DNA from: an archaeon
Lineage (GTDB): Archaea > Nanobdellota > Nanobdellia > SCGC-AAA011-G17 > PNOQ01
DNA: 58,033 bases
Reading direction: 5' to 3'
NCBI GenBank assembly: GCA_018652475.1
Contig: JABICB010000009.1
Location: 1-58,033, forward strand
This document shows positions 18,887 to 29,483 of the stretch, piece after piece. The notes beneath the pieces are model-generated. The model ran no database searches, was not told the DNA's origin, and saw only the letters and a program-made list of their open reading frames with translations. The position numbers and the translations under genes are program-made. How positions within the stretch are numbered: position 1 is the stretch's first letter; each line of letters starts with the position of its first letter.

Positions 18887-19534
18887 TTTTTTTACATTAA
18901 TTTTATTACAATAATTATTTATTGGACATTTATTACAATGTGGAGAAATTGGCCTACACAAGTTTTGTCCGAAAGCTACTAGTATTGAATTTATTGTTTT
19001 CCAATATTTTTTTGGAAGTTTCTCTCTTAATGTCATTTCTGTTTCGTAAGGTGTGTTTGTTTTTATGTAACCAAATCTATTCATTATTCTATGTACATGT
19101 GTGTCTACACAGATTCCATGTTTGTTAAATGCTATAGTCATTACTAAGTTTGCAGTTTTTCTTCCAACTCCAGGGAGTTTTATTAATTCTTCAATTGATT
19201 CTGGTATTTTATTATTGAATTCTTTTTTCAGAATATATGGTAATTGTTTTAGGTGTTTTGCCTTTGTTTTATAGAATCCAACAGGATGGATTAATTTTTC
19301 AATTTCTCTTTGTGAAAATTTATTTAAATCATCTATTTTTTTTATTTTTATAAATAATTTTTTTGCAGCTTTAGAAGTAGTTTCATCTTTGGTTCTTGCA
19401 GAAAGAATAGTAGTTATTAATACTTTGAATGGGTTCTTGGTTTGGATTTGAATTAAATCCACAATTGGAACATTATAATTAATTATTTCTTTTTTTAAGA
19501 TTAAATATATTTTGTCAATATTTACTTGTTTCAT
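18878..19534 (-). CDS. nth: endonuclease III (HhH-GPD DNA glycosylase, Fe-S)
   Basis: HhH motif [19 protein letters not shown], and a C-terminal Cys cluster Cx6CxxCxxxxxC. Confidence 0.85.
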   Translation of the reverse strand: MKQVNIDKIYLILKKEIINYNVPIVDLIQIQTKNPFKVLITTILSARTKDETTSKAAKKLFIKIKKIDDLNKFSQREIEKLIHPVGFYKTKAKHLKQLPYILKKEFNNKIPESIEELIKLPGVGRKTANLVMTIAFNKHGICVDTHVHRIMNRFGYIKTNTPYETEMTLREKLPKKYWKTINSILVAFGQNLCRPISPHCNKCPINNYCNKINVKKSR

Positions 19535-19562
19535 AGTATTATATCAATTGAAGAATTTTCAG

Positions 19563-19952
19563 TTATGAATTTTTCCATAATCCATGCAGATTACAATATG
19601 CCCTTACTTTAAAATCAGAATTAATCATTTTGAAGTTTGCTTCTGGTTTTTGTCCAGGTCTTAAATGTTGCCTATAAAGTTTATTTCGAGTTATTAATTC
19701 AATCCATTCAATGTAGTGAGTTTCGTCCATAGGGTGTTCTATTGAACCTACTTTGATAGTTATGTTAGATTCATTTTTTTCAATTATGGGAATATGTTTT
19801 TCTTCTGCGGCTTCTTCTATGTTTTCTTTTATTTCAGTCATTTGAGTTCCACAACAAGATAAAGAAGCGTTCGCCTCATGTAATATCTCAATTATATTTC
19901 CACAGGCTAGACATTTGTAAATTTGTTCTTTTTTAGTCATTATATCACTCAC
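19563..19952 (-). CDS. dfx: desulfoferrodoxin (2Fe superoxide reductase)
   Basis: N-terminal desulforedoxin CxxC...CC motif (YKCLACGN...SCCG) and a C-terminal SOR domain with HxxxH...CNLHGLW. Confidence 0.8.
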   Translation of the reverse strand: MSDIMTKKEQIYKCLACGNIIEILHEANASLSCCGTQMTEIKENIEEAAEEKHIPIIEKNESNITIKVGSIEHPMDETHYIEWIELITRNKLYRQHLRPGQKPEANFKMINSDFKVRAYCNLHGLWKNS

Positions 19953-19959
19953 GTTAATA

Positions 19960-21198
19960 TTAATTTATTTCAGAATAACCAATTAGTCTCCATCTGGAAC
20001 CAATTAATCTTGAAATTGTAATTCTATCTTTTTCTTGAGCACAGATTGGAACTTTCAATTTAACTTTAACTGCATCCTTTGTTGCACTTGTTACCATACC
20101 TACAGTTACTGTTGCATTAATATTCAACATTAAGTTTTCATTAATTTTAATATCTTCAGTTTTCAAATCTGATTTTGAACCAACTACTCTTTCTAATAAT
20201 ACTGGTTTAAGGTTTAATTCGTGCCAAACTTTTGGAACTTTATCTTCTACTCCTGCTAAGTTTCCTACCAATGAATCTGATTTTACTATTGATGGGTCTA
20301 ATTCAGTTAATATTCCTGCTGATCCCCCGGGGGTTAATTCTTTTAGTTGTTTTCCACCCTTTTCTAATCCAATTATTTTTGTTTTTACGGGTTCCCAACT
20401 AATTTTCCCATCTTTTTCTGTTTTGATTCCTGGTCTCAATCCTATTTTCTCACCAATTTTTAATAAACCTTGTTTTAGTGAACCACCAAGTACGCCACCA
20501 TTCATATTTTTTATTAAACTTCCAGGTTTATTTATATCAAATGACCTTGCAATTAAGAAAATCGGATCTTTTGTTTTATCTAATTCCTTGGATTTAAAAT
20601 TTTCTTGAATTGTTTTTATTAATACATCAACATTAATATTTTGTTGAGCAGAAATTGGGATGATTGGAACATTTTCGGCTATAGTTCCTTTAACAAACTT
20701 TTTTATTTGTTTATAATTTTCTAAAACTTGTTCTTCTGGAACTAAATCTATTTTATTTTGAACTATTATTATATCTTTTATTCCTGAAATTTCTAATGCC
20801 ATTAAATGTTCTCTTGTTTGTGGTTGTGGGCATTCTTCATTTGCAGAAATCATTAATAGTGCTGCATCCATAATCGCTGCTCCGGAAAGCATTGTTGCCA
20901 TCAAAGTTTCGTGGCCAGGTGCATCTATCAAACTGATATTTCTTAAAGGTATACCTTTAGTTTTACAGTTTGGGCATTTTTTTGAAGTAGAATAACATTC
21001 AGGATCTTTACATTCAGGACATTTGTACACAGTGGTGTTAGCATAACCTAACCTAATTGTAATTCCTCTCTTTATTTCTTCTGAATGAGTATCTGCCCAT
21101 TTACCTGATAAAGATTGGGTTAAAGTAGTTTTACCATGATCTACATGACCTACTAGGCCTATATTTAATTCTGGTAATACTTCCTTTTTTTCACTCAT
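19960..21198 (-). CDS. eif2g: translation initiation factor aIF2 gamma
   Basis: GHVDHGKTT, a zinc knuckle (CPECKDPEC...CPNC), DAPGHE and NKID. Confidence 0.95.
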   Translation of the reverse strand: MSEKKEVLPELNIGLVGHVDHGKTTLTQSLSGKWADTHSEEIKRGITIRLGYANTTVYKCPECKDPECYSTSKKCPNCKTKGIPLRNISLIDAPGHETLMATMLSGAAIMDAALLMISANEECPQPQTREHLMALEISGIKDIIIVQNKIDLVPEEQVLENYKQIKKFVKGTIAENVPIIPISAQQNINVDVLIKTIQENFKSKELDKTKDPIFLIARSFDINKPGSLIKNMNGGVLGGSLKQGLLKIGEKIGLRPGIKTEKDGKISWEPVKTKIIGLEKGGKQLKELTPGGSAGILTELDPSIVKSDSLVGNLAGVEDKVPKVWHELNLKPVLLERVVGSKSDLKTEDIKINENLMLNINATVTVGMVTSATKDAVKVKLKVPICAQEKDRITISRLIGSRWRLIGYSEIN

Positions 21199-21199
21199 T

Positions 21200-21697
21200 C
21201 TATTCTTCTTTTTTCCCTTCAGTTGTTTCTTCTTTTACTTCTTCTTTTTGTTCTGCTGCTGCCTTTGCTTCTTCAGCTTTTTTATCTGCTTCAGCTTTTT
21301 CAGTTTCTTCAACTTTAGTTAAGAATCCAAGATCTATTAATGAATCTTTTCCAACTTTGATTATTTTTAAATTAACTTGTTTAGTTTTTGAATTTATTGT
21401 GTTTCCAACAATTGTTTTTCTTTGTTTTACTCCTTTATCTTTTTCTCTAAATCCAACACCTTTTACAAGTAATGGTCTTGTTCTGTTTGTACCTTCAGTA
21501 TCTTTCCTCATAGGGAATCCTTGTGAGTCTGATCCGCCTGTGATTTCTAATTCATATCCTTTTAATCCAAGTGAATCTCCAGATATTGTATTTTTAATTT
21601 TCTTACCATTAAGTACGTCTACAGCTGGTCCTTCGATTACTTTTTTGTAACTTTTTCCAGTTTTCGGATCATTTATTGTTATTTTAAATTCTGCCAT
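21200..21697 (-). CDS. rps6e: ribosomal protein S6e (with K/E-rich C-terminal tail)
   Basis: MAEFKITINDPKTGKSY...ITGGSDSQGFPMR. Confidence 0.9.
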   Translation of the reverse strand: MAEFKITINDPKTGKSYKKVIEGPAVDVLNGKKIKNTISGDSLGLKGYELEITGGSDSQGFPMRKDTEGTNRTRPLLVKGVGFREKDKGVKQRKTIVGNTINSKTKQVNLKIIKVGKDSLIDLGFLTKVEETEKAEADKKAEEAKAAAEQKEEVKEETTEGKKEE

Positions 21698-21710
21698 TTT
21701 TTGTTTTCCG

Positions 21711-23432
21711 TTATATACCCCAAACTGGGTTTTCTTTTCTCTTCAATTCTGCCAATTCTTTTAATGTTTCCACTTCTTTCCTATTTAAATATTTTTGTAA
21801 TGTCTTTATTTTCTTAAAATCATCCTGGGGGATGTCTGAATATAATATATCGCCTTCTTTTATTTGCCTTCCTACTGTTAATTTAGGTAATGATGCTGCT
21901 ACTTGTTTTCCTTCTTTTGCTTCACTAACATTTTTCCCTTCTAATTGTATTTCTTTTATCATTCCTAACTTTTTACCATCTATTGTTACGGGAGTATTAG
22001 TTTTCAAATTTCCTGCTAAGATTTCTACTCCTACTACTGCAGGGTGAGATTGTCTAAAAGTATGGTTTTTTAGTATTTCAACTTTGAGAGGTTTTACTAA
22101 TCCTTCTAATTCGCTTGCTTCAATTCTGTTTTTTTCATCTACTAACCACTTTTCTAAATCTTCAATAATTTTGTAGATGATTTTATTTGTAATTAACTTT
22201 GCATTTTCTTCCGGCTTAGCTAATACATCTACATTAAACCCTAATATTACTCTATTTAACGGATCTTTTCCAGATTCTGCAGTAACTATGTCTTTCTTAT
22301 TAATTGGTCCAACTGCTGCTTTTTTTATCTTTATATCAATATTTTTTAATAAATTTACTAATGCCTCTAATGATCCTAGTGTATCTGCTTTGATGATTAT
22401 TCCATCTTGATCAGTTTCAATCATCACTTCATCTATTCCCGATTGAATTTCTTTCTTTATAACTTCTAAATTTTCATTAGCTACTATTAATGGCATTCCC
22501 GGAATAACTTCGTCTAAGTTAGGTGCAGATATTTTTACTCCTGCAGATGCATAAACTTCCTTTACTGATTTTAATTTTGTTCCTTCATATTTGAATAACG
22601 CTTTAATCTTGGTGACGGTTGGTTCTTCTACCCCTCCAATAACTATAGTGTCTCCTGTTTTTAGAACTCCGTCGTAAATTATAGTATCTATTACTGAACC
22701 AATTCCAGTTTCTTCAGTTTTTTCTAATACTGTTGCTTTTCCTGGACCATTTAATTCAGTTTTTAGATTATCTTCTAAAAATCTTTGAGCCAACCCAGAA
22801 ACTACCATTAATAATTCTGGCAGCCCCTCTCCTGTTTTTGCAGAAGTTGGAATTATGGCAATTTGTTTTGTATAATCTTGAATCCTATCATATCTTTCTG
22901 AGTTTAAACCATATTCAGCAAATCTACCTACTAATTCGTATAATTTTGTTTCAATTTCATTTTGTGTATTGTCTGATTGTGTTTTGATATTTTTCAATAA
23001 GTTTGTATCTTTTTGTTCTCTCCAACCATTCAGTCTATCTAGTTTGTTTGCTGCAATGACAAAAGGAGTTTTATAATGTTGTAGGATTTTTATTGCTTCA
23101 ATTGTTTGAGGTTTTAAACCTTCATTCATATCTACAACTAGGATTGCAATATCCGATATATTCCCCCCTCTTTTTCTTAATGAAGTAAATGCTTCATGTC
23201 CTGGACTATCTACAAATAATATTCCTGGAATAGTAAAATCTAAATTTAATTGATCTAATAATGGGCCACAAATGGATTTAATTTTGTTTAATTCAACTGA
23301 ATGTGCAGTTATATTTTGAGTAATCCCTCCTGCTTCTTTATCTGCTACGGAGGTTCCCCTAATCCAATCTAATATTGAAGTTTTTCCATGATCCACATGA
23401 GCCAAAAGCACACAAATTGGTTGTCTAATCAT
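21711..23432 (-). CDS. infB: translation initiation factor aIF5B (IF2)
   Basis: RQPICVLLAHVDHGKTS, DSPGHEAF and NKLD GTPase motifs, with aIF5B domain order. Confidence 0.95.
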   Translation of the reverse strand: MIRQPICVLLAHVDHGKTSILDWIRGTSVADKEAGGITQNITAHSVELNKIKSICGPLLDQLNLDFTIPGILFVDSPGHEAFTSLRKRGGNISDIAILVVDMNEGLKPQTIEAIKILQHYKTPFVIAANKLDRLNGWREQKDTNLLKNIKTQSDNTQNEIETKLYELVGRFAEYGLNSERYDRIQDYTKQIAIIPTSAKTGEGLPELLMVVSGLAQRFLEDNLKTELNGPGKATVLEKTEETGIGSVIDTIIYDGVLKTGDTIVIGGVEEPTVTKIKALFKYEGTKLKSVKEVYASAGVKISAPNLDEVIPGMPLIVANENLEVIKKEIQSGIDEVMIETDQDGIIIKADTLGSLEALVNLLKNIDIKIKKAAVGPINKKDIVTAESGKDPLNRVILGFNVDVLAKPEENAKLITNKIIYKIIEDLEKWLVDEKNRIEASELEGLVKPLKVEILKNHTFRQSHPAVVGVEILAGNLKTNTPVTIDGKKLGMIKEIQLEGKNVSEAKEGKQVAASLPKLTVGRQIKEGDILYSDIPQDDFKKIKTLQKYLNRKEVETLKELAELKRKENPVWGI

Positions 23433-23513
23433 TTGTATTTTATCATTTTGATTGTTTTAAAAAGGTTTTGCCACAATCAAAACGTTTAAAAGTAGTATTT
23501 ATTTATAAAATAG

Positions 23514-23792
23514 ATGGCAAATTTAGTAAAAGTTAAGGAAATTTTTGAAAATTATACTAATTCTAATATTCAATTGAATAATGCTAGTCTTTATAGAATT
23601 GCAAGGGATATCAAACCTTATATTTCTAGAGAAGAATACCTTGCAGTTGATGAAATGTTAACTAAGTATAATTCTGAAAATTCTATACAAATAAATAATA
23701 GAAGTTTAGATTTGATTTATAATAATTTAGAGTCAAAAATACTTTTATTGGATGAATGTATCTGTCTTGAAAATTGTAGATCTAGAAATTAA
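23514..23792 (+). CDS. hypothetical small protein with an internal duplication
   Basis: NSNIQLNNASLYRIARDI resembles ENSIQINNRSLDLIYNNL. No known motif. Confidence 0.4.
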   Translation: MANLVKVKEIFENYTNSNIQLNNASLYRIARDIKPYISREEYLAVDEMLTKYNSENSIQINNRSLDLIYNNLESKILLLDECICLENCRSRN

Positions 23793-23819
23793 TTTAATTT
23801 TATTTAATTAGAAGATAAA

Positions 23820-24299
23820 TTATAGTGTGTGCTCTTCATGGCTAAGTTTGTAACTATGTAGTTCATCTATACTGAACCATAAAGCGACTTCTTGTTTTGC
23901 TTCATCAGAATTTCCAGATGCATGAATTAAATTTTCTATAGCCTTGCCCTGTTCATCTGCATGACCATATGAAGTGTGTGCATAATCTCCTCTAATTGTA
24001 CCTACATCTGCACCCTTTGGTTCTGTTGAACCAACAATTTTTCTAACAACTTCTACTGCATCTATCCCTTCTATAATCATTGCTACTATCGGTCCAGAAA
24101 TTATGAATTTTTCTAAGCCTAGATAAAATTTTTTATCTATGTGTGCTGCATAATGCTTTTTTGAGAAATCAGGATCAACTCGAACCATTTTTATACCTAC
24201 TATTTTTAGGCCTCTTAATTCAAATCTTTTGGTAACTTCGCCTATTAGACCTCTTTTTACTCCATCAGGTTTGATTAAAACTAATGTTTGTTCTATCAT
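23820..24299 (-). CDS. ndk: nucleoside diphosphate kinase
   Basis: MIEQTLVLIKPDGVKRGL...NLIHASG. ATG 24299 is preferred (ATGA overlap with the L24e stop) over the upstream GTG at 24320. Confidence 0.9.
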   Translation of the reverse strand: MIEQTLVLIKPDGVKRGLIGEVTKRFELRGLKIVGIKMVRVDPDFSKKHYAAHIDKKFYLGLEKFIISGPIVAMIIEGIDAVEVVRKIVGSTEPKGADVGTIRGDYAHTSYGHADEQGKAIENLIHASGNSDEAKQEVALWFSIDELHSYKLSHEEHTL

Positions 24300-24466
24300 T
24301 CTTCTTTTTGTTTTGTCCACTTAAATTTCACTGGTTTTCTTTTCAATTTAAGTAAGTTTTTTTCACATTTTCTAGAGCAAAAATTAGCTGTTTTTCCAGT
24401 AACATAAACATATAGTTTTCCTGTTCCAGGTTCAATTGATTTATTACAGAATGAACATTTAGCCAT
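24296..24466 (-). CDS. rpl24e: ribosomal protein L24e; 56 aa, absent from the ORF track
   Basis: Manual translation gives MAKCSFCNKSIEPGTGKLYVYVTGKTANFCSRKCEKNLLKLKRKPVKFKWTKQKEE. It has the L24e zinc-ribbon signature and sits in the conserved L7Ae-S28e-L24e-ndk order. Confidence 0.85.
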   Translation of the reverse strand: MAKCSFCNKSIEPGTGKLYVYVTGKTANFCSRKCEKNLLKLKRKPVKFKWTKQKEE

Positions 24467-24467
24467 T

Positions 24468-24740
24468 TTATTTGCTCCTCTTATTTAGTTTTCTAGCTTC
24501 TATTTCAGTTTCTCTAAGCATTAAGATATCTCCTATCTTTACTGAGCCTTTAAGATTCCTTCTAAGAATTTTACCTTCATCCCTTCCAGACAAGACTTTT
24601 ACTCTTACTTGAGTAGCTTCACCCCTCACTCCAGTCCTACCTACTAATTCTTCTACTTTAGCTGGAACTGCAAGAGTGAAAATGTTAGATGTAGTTTTTT
24701 CATCCTTAGCTTTTTTCTTTGTCTGTTCTTCTTTAGCCAT
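24468..24740 (-). CDS. rps28e: ribosomal protein S28e (N-terminally extended)
   Basis: [17 protein letters not shown]...[16 protein letters not shown]. Confidence 0.9.
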   Translation of the reverse strand: MAKEEQTKKKAKDEKTTSNIFTLAVPAKVEELVGRTGVRGEATQVRVKVLSGRDEGKILRRNLKGSVKIGDILMLRETEIEARKLNKRSK

Positions 24741-24742
24741 TT

Positions 24743-25084
24743 TTATAATGCTTTAATAATATCTTTAGAATCGCCTTCTTTGATTATTGCTATTGCAGTT
24801 GTTGCAACACTTAATCCAGCTGCTGCACCAAGTTCTTCTTTACTAGGGATTATTATGAATTTTATTTCTTTTTCCTTGCAAAGAGGTTCTAAATGTAATA
24901 CAACTTCTTTAGGTGATACGTCCTCAGCAGTTAAAACTAATTTAGCAACGCCTCTTTCTATAGATTTTGTAACTTCATTAACTCCTTTCTTGATCTTACC
25001 AGTTTTTCTAGCAATCTCAACTGCTTCATAAGCTTTTTTTATTGTTTCTTGTGTAACTTCGGCAACCATGTTTGATGTCTCCAT
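24743..25084 (-). CDS. rpl7ae: ribosomal protein L7Ae (K-turn binding)
   Basis: [25 protein letters not shown]... Confidence 0.9.
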   Translation of the reverse strand: METSNMVAEVTQETIKKAYEAVEIARKTGKIKKGVNEVTKSIERGVAKLVLTAEDVSPKEVVLHLEPLCKEKEIKFIIIPSKEELGAAAGLSVATTAIAIIKEGDSKDIIKAL

Positions 25085-25129
25085 AAATTATAATTATGTT
25101 TAGCGAATTCTATTCGTTTTTAAAGGTTT

Positions 25130-26770
25130 CTATCTATGGGTGTAATAAAAAATATATTTATTTTTTTCTTTTTTATCTAGTTTACAGAAACCAAATCTTT
25201 CAAACTGAATAACTTCATTTAATTTTATGTTTTTTATGTTTGATTCTGCTAATCCTTTGATTATTGAGTTATCATTCATTACAATTTCTACTTCTATATT
25301 GTTTTTTGAAACAGGTAACCAATGAATTAATTTCGCTTTTAGTTTCGAATCATAATCTTCTGATAAAAATTCATTATTTTTAAAATTGAATAAATGCATA
25401 AATCTGTAAGGTTGATCTTTTTCTGATTTATCTGATTTTTGAATGTAGAATTCATTATGGGTTTCAAAGTTCCGATATCCTTTATCTGTTTCTGGGTGTA
25501 GTGGTGCCTTTATTTTTTGTTTTTTAGCACCCTTTATTTTTATTTTTATTGGTTTTTCGATAAATGAATATCTACTTGCAGTCTTATCTATGTATTTTTT
25601 ATTTAATACAATTAAATTATCCCAAGTTAGTGTTCCTTCTGCCTTAGAAATTCCAGTAGATATTATAAAATCTTTAATTGCCTCTGGTAAAAATCCCCTT
25701 CTTCTTAATGCTGCAAGTGTTGTTAATCTTGGATCGTCCCATCCTGAGAGTTCTTTGCTTTCTATTTTTTCTCTTATCTCTCTTCCGCTACTTAATACTC
25801 CTTCTAAATTAAATCTTGCAAATTCATATGTTGTTGTGTTGTAGAGCTTTAGTAATTTTTGTATGTATGTTTGTAATTCACTTCTCAATTCAAATTCTTT
25901 ACTTCTTAGTCTATGAGTTATTCCATATTTTCCATCCATTATGGCATTTTGAAAATCATAATTTGGCCAAACTCTATATTTATTTTTTAATCTTGCATGA
26001 GTTTTATCTATAATTCTGAATATTGTCGGATCCCTCATAACTGTGTTTTGATGCTTCATATCGATCCTCAATCTTACACTTGCTGAACCTTGTTTTGCTT
26101 TGAAATAATCTTTCCAATGTTTTAACTGATTTTCATTGTTATGGCATTCACAAGTTGTTCCACTTCTTCTGTTTTTACTTATGGTTTCTCTATCACAGTA
26201 ACAGAGATAAGCATCTCCTGATTTTATTAGTTGTTCTGCGTATTTGTAGAATAACTCCATGTTGTCTGAAGCATATTGTATGTTGTCCCACCTTACACCT
26301 AACCATGTGAAATCATCTTCCATAATTTTATAGAATTCTTTTTTTACCAAAGTGGGGTTTGTATCTTCAAATCTCAGAATAAATTTTCCATTGTATTCCT
26401 TCGCTAATAAATAATTTAGTAAGATTGCCTTTGCATGGCCTATGTGAGGATATTTTTCTGGTCCAGGAGGAAAAGCTGTTATTATTTTGTCCCCTTTTTT
26501 TATTCTTAAGAAATCAAATAAACCAGCTTGTTTCTTTTGTTTCTTTTGTATTTCTCCTGTTTGTTCTAATTCTTTTTTTTGTTCTTCTAATGATAATTTG
26601 TTTACTTTTTTAATTGCTACTTGAACTTCTTTGGAAATTTCTTTAGCTTTTTGTTTTAATTTTGGATCCATGCCAAAGACTAAGCCCATGATTGATCCAG
26701 GATTAGCCCTTCCTTCATATTTGATTGCATTTTGCAATGCTAGAATGTAAATTGTTTTTTTTATATCCAT
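25130..26770 (-). CDS. gltX: glutamyl-tRNA synthetase (archaeal type)
   Basis: HIGH region PGPEKYPHIGHAK, RFEDTNP, and the archaeal-type N-terminal helical extension. Confidence 0.85.
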   Translation of the reverse strand: MDIKKTIYILALQNAIKYEGRANPGSIMGLVFGMDPKLKQKAKEISKEVQVAIKKVNKLSLEEQKKELEQTGEIQKKQKKQAGLFDFLRIKKGDKIITAFPPGPEKYPHIGHAKAILLNYLLAKEYNGKFILRFEDTNPTLVKKEFYKIMEDDFTWLGVRWDNIQYASDNMELFYKYAEQLIKSGDAYLCYCDRETISKNRRSGTTCECHNNENQLKHWKDYFKAKQGSASVRLRIDMKHQNTVMRDPTIFRIIDKTHARLKNKYRVWPNYDFQNAIMDGKYGITHRLRSKEFELRSELQTYIQKLLKLYNTTTYEFARFNLEGVLSSGREIREKIESKELSGWDDPRLTTLAALRRRGFLPEAIKDFIISTGISKAEGTLTWDNLIVLNKKYIDKTASRYSFIEKPIKIKIKGAKKQKIKAPLHPETDKGYRNFETHNEFYIQKSDKSEKDQPYRFMHLFNFKNNEFLSEDYDSKLKAKLIHWLPVSKNNIEVEIVMNDNSIIKGLAESNIKNIKLNEVIQFERFGFCKLDKKEKNKYIFYYTHR

Positions 26771-26811
26771 TATGATTAAATCTTTCTTAAAAGTTTATAA
26801 ATTTATTTCTT

Positions 26812-28629
26812 TTATTTCTTACTGAAAAAATCTTCTATATCTAGTGAACTTCCCCCTGACTGAGGCATAGTGTCTCTTGGAAAATATTTTGAATACATAC
26901 TCCATGCAAATCTTTCATCCAAATATATTATTACTCCTCTGTCATGCTCACTTCTTATACATCTCCCCGCATTTTGTAAAACTTTCATAAATGCTGGAAT
27001 ATTATATCCATAATCTTGTCCTTTTCCAAATTTACCTTCATAATATCTAACTAATTCTTTTGACATAATATCAAATTTTGCAAAAGGTATTCCGATAATT
27101 ATTACTCCAGATAATGCATCGCCCTCTAAATTTATACTTTCTCCAAAGCTTCCTGCACTTACTGCCAATAATGTGTTATTTCTAGAATTTCTTAATTTAT
27201 CTAAAATTGCTTCTTTTTTATATTTAGTCATACCAGGCTCTTCTATAATTACATTATCAGTTAATTCCAGGTATGGCTTAATTTTATCAATCATATTATA
27301 ACTAGGGAAAAATAAAATTTTATTTCCTGGAATCAATTCAATTATATTAGTAGCATACTTTCCAATTTTGTTATACATTTCTTCACTTCTTTCTGTGAAT
27401 TTCGTACTTACTCCAGGAACAGTTAAATGCATCCTGTTTTTTTTTGGGAATGGGTTCGGATATTCAACCTTTAATGGTAACTCTAGTCCAAAAATGTCTT
27501 CAAACATTTCTAAAGGATATAAAGTTCCACTCATAAAAATGTTTGAATGTGCCCCTCCAATTACATCTTGCAAGGTTAGTGAAGGATCTAAACAATTTTT
27601 TTCTAATGTGAAAATTTCTTTTCCTTTTTTAATTGTTTTTCTAAATATTCTAACATATTCAGTTCCTTCTATGTTCCAACTTGATAAAAAATTAGCTAAA
27701 CTTTTCAAATAACTTCTTTGTTTTTCTTCTAAAATTGTATCTGCAAGAGAATGTAATTTATCAATAAATGCTGAACTGTAACTTCCAAATTCTTCTTTTG
27801 AAATTATAGTTTCATCTTTCTTATATTTTTCAGACATTTTTTCAATTTTATTTCTTAACTTTTCAATGTCATTCATAATTTTTTCATCTAATTTTTCTGC
27901 TTCTAACATTGCGTACCTTAGGGATTGATTATTTGTTGAACTACTCATTAAATCCATTGATCTTCCAGCAACATTATGTGCTTCATCCCAGATTATTATG
28001 CAATCTTTTAGCTCTTTTTTTATTTTTTTAAGAAATGTTTCTCTTATTGAACTATCTAATATATGAAAATAATCTGCGATGATTACATTGCTTTCTTTTG
28101 CTAACATATTGGTTGCTTCATAAGGACAAACTTTTTCATTTTTACACCATTCAACGACTTCTTCTACATTTAATATATTATTTTTTAATTTATCAAATAA
28201 ATTTTTGTTTTGAAAGAATCTATTTTTATCGTGAAAATTTTCATAGTATTCACATTCTTGATTTTCAATTAAATGTTTACAAAAGTCTGGAAAGTTTGTA
28301 GCTTTTCGTGGATCGATATCATTTCTACCACACATATGTACTTTACCAATAAAATCTGCTACTTTCAGATCTAAATCATTCTTTTCTTTTATGTCTCTTA
28401 ATGTTTCAACAGCTATTTTATGATGTGTGTGTTTTGAAGTTAGAAATATTATTTTTTTTTTGTGTTCTATTGCATATTTTAATGCTGGACTAAGGACTGC
28501 CGCAGTTTTTCCGACTCCTGTTGGTACTTGAGCCAATACATCTTTTTTATGAGTTATTGCAGTTCTTACTACTTTAACAAATGAATCTTGTCCCGCCCTA
28601 TAAGTCTCATATGGAAAAAAATCTTTCAT
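26812..28629 (-). CDS. xpd: XPD/Rad3-family Fe-S DNA helicase
   Basis: YRAGQ, Walker A PTGVGKT, a 4-Cys insertion (CGRN..C..C..C), DEAHN, and the C-terminal helicase motif GRCIRSEHDRG. Confidence 0.85.
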   Translation of the reverse strand: MKDFFPYETYRAGQDSFVKVVRTAITHKKDVLAQVPTGVGKTAAVLSPALKYAIEHKKKIIFLTSKHTHHKIAVETLRDIKEKNDLDLKVADFIGKVHMCGRNDIDPRKATNFPDFCKHLIENQECEYYENFHDKNRFFQNKNLFDKLKNNILNVEEVVEWCKNEKVCPYEATNMLAKESNVIIADYFHILDSSIRETFLKKIKKELKDCIIIWDEAHNVAGRSMDLMSSSTNNQSLRYAMLEAEKLDEKIMNDIEKLRNKIEKMSEKYKKDETIISKEEFGSYSSAFIDKLHSLADTILEEKQRSYLKSLANFLSSWNIEGTEYVRIFRKTIKKGKEIFTLEKNCLDPSLTLQDVIGGAHSNIFMSGTLYPLEMFEDIFGLELPLKVEYPNPFPKKNRMHLTVPGVSTKFTERSEEMYNKIGKYATNIIELIPGNKILFFPSYNMIDKIKPYLELTDNVIIEEPGMTKYKKEAILDKLRNSRNNTLLAVSAGSFGESINLEGDALSGVIIIGIPFAKFDIMSKELVRYYEGKFGKGQDYGYNIPAFMKVLQNAGRCIRSEHDRGVIIYLDERFAWSMYSKYFPRDTMPQSGGSSLDIEDFFSKK

Positions 28630-28724
28630 ACTTTCAGGTTTTAATATTTCTTTATAAAAACTATTGTTGTATCTGTCAATCTTATAACAAAACGCTTAAT
28701 AAGTATCTTTTATTCTTTTTTTTA

Positions 28725-29453
28725 ATGAGACATTTAGTATTTGGAGATATGCATGGAAAGAGAATTAATGAGCTAGAAAGTGTTATAGACTCTGAAAAAA
28801 TTGATTCATTTATCTGTTTAGGGGATTTTGATCAAGTTAATGTAATTAAAGATGTTATTGATCTTGAAAAAAGATTTAATGCTGATGGAAAATCTTCAAT
28901 TATTGTTCCAGGGAATCATGATTATGCAATTTTCCATAATAAAGATCTTTATTCAGGTACCTTAGATATGCAAGACAAAACAGTATTCGATTTATACTCT
29001 GAGTTACATCATAATTCTGAAGCTAAAGAATATATATCTTATTTATTAAATAAAACTCATGGTGTTGAAACTAATATTGGGAATAATTCTACTTATGTTG
29101 TTCATGGTGGCCTTGATGGGAGTTTAATGAGTTATTTTAGATGTCCAGAAGAAATAGAGGATTTGTGGTTTAGAATAGATTATGGAGATATGGATTATCC
29201 TAAAAATTTTAGTAGAATGAAAGAAAATGGTTATAATCTTCTTTTGAGGGGACACGACCACCATAGATTGTATGGTTATGAAGTTTCTGGGAATACTTCT
29301 TTTTCTGAATTTGTAACAAAAGGTGGAAAATTCGAATTAAAAGATAGTGAAAGGCATGTTGTTAATCCTGGCGCTTGGTTTAATGGAGATTATCTTATTA
29401 TTGATGACTCTGAGAATAATGTAAGTTTGGATTATAAAAATATCAATGATTAA
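28725..29453 (+). CDS. calcineurin-like metallophosphoesterase
   Basis: MRHLVFGDMHG, GDFD, GNHD, HGG and GHDH motifs in order. The ORF-track N-terminal extension (28581) runs antisense over the xpd start and is rejected. Confidence 0.75.
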   Translation: MRHLVFGDMHGKRINELESVIDSEKIDSFICLGDFDQVNVIKDVIDLEKRFNADGKSSIIVPGNHDYAIFHNKDLYSGTLDMQDKTVFDLYSELHHNSEAKEYISYLLNKTHGVETNIGNNSTYVVHGGLDGSLMSYFRCPEEIEDLWFRIDYGDMDYPKNFSRMKENGYNLLLRGHDHHRLYGYEVSGNTSFSEFVTKGGKFELKDSERHVVNPGAWFNGDYLIIDDSENNVSLDYKNIND

Positions 29454-29483
29454 TTTTATATAGGTGGCATTATATTTTATTTT

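Noticed and set aside
25130-26770. The N-terminal ~90-aa extension of GluRS as a novel appended GatB/YqeY-like domain.
   Set aside because: A similar helical N-terminal segment is, to my recollection, a normal feature of archaeal-type GluRS, and the overall length is typical. It is not unusual.
28581-28724. N-terminal extensions proposed by the ORF track for 28581, 34964, 52551, 223, 24320, 40889, 16478 and 55738.
   Set aside because: They begin at GTG/TTG or run antisense over a neighbouring gene or promoter. The extension sequences are non-conserved and hydrophobic. Downstream ATGs coincide with family-typical N-termini, TATA spacing or ATGA coupling.
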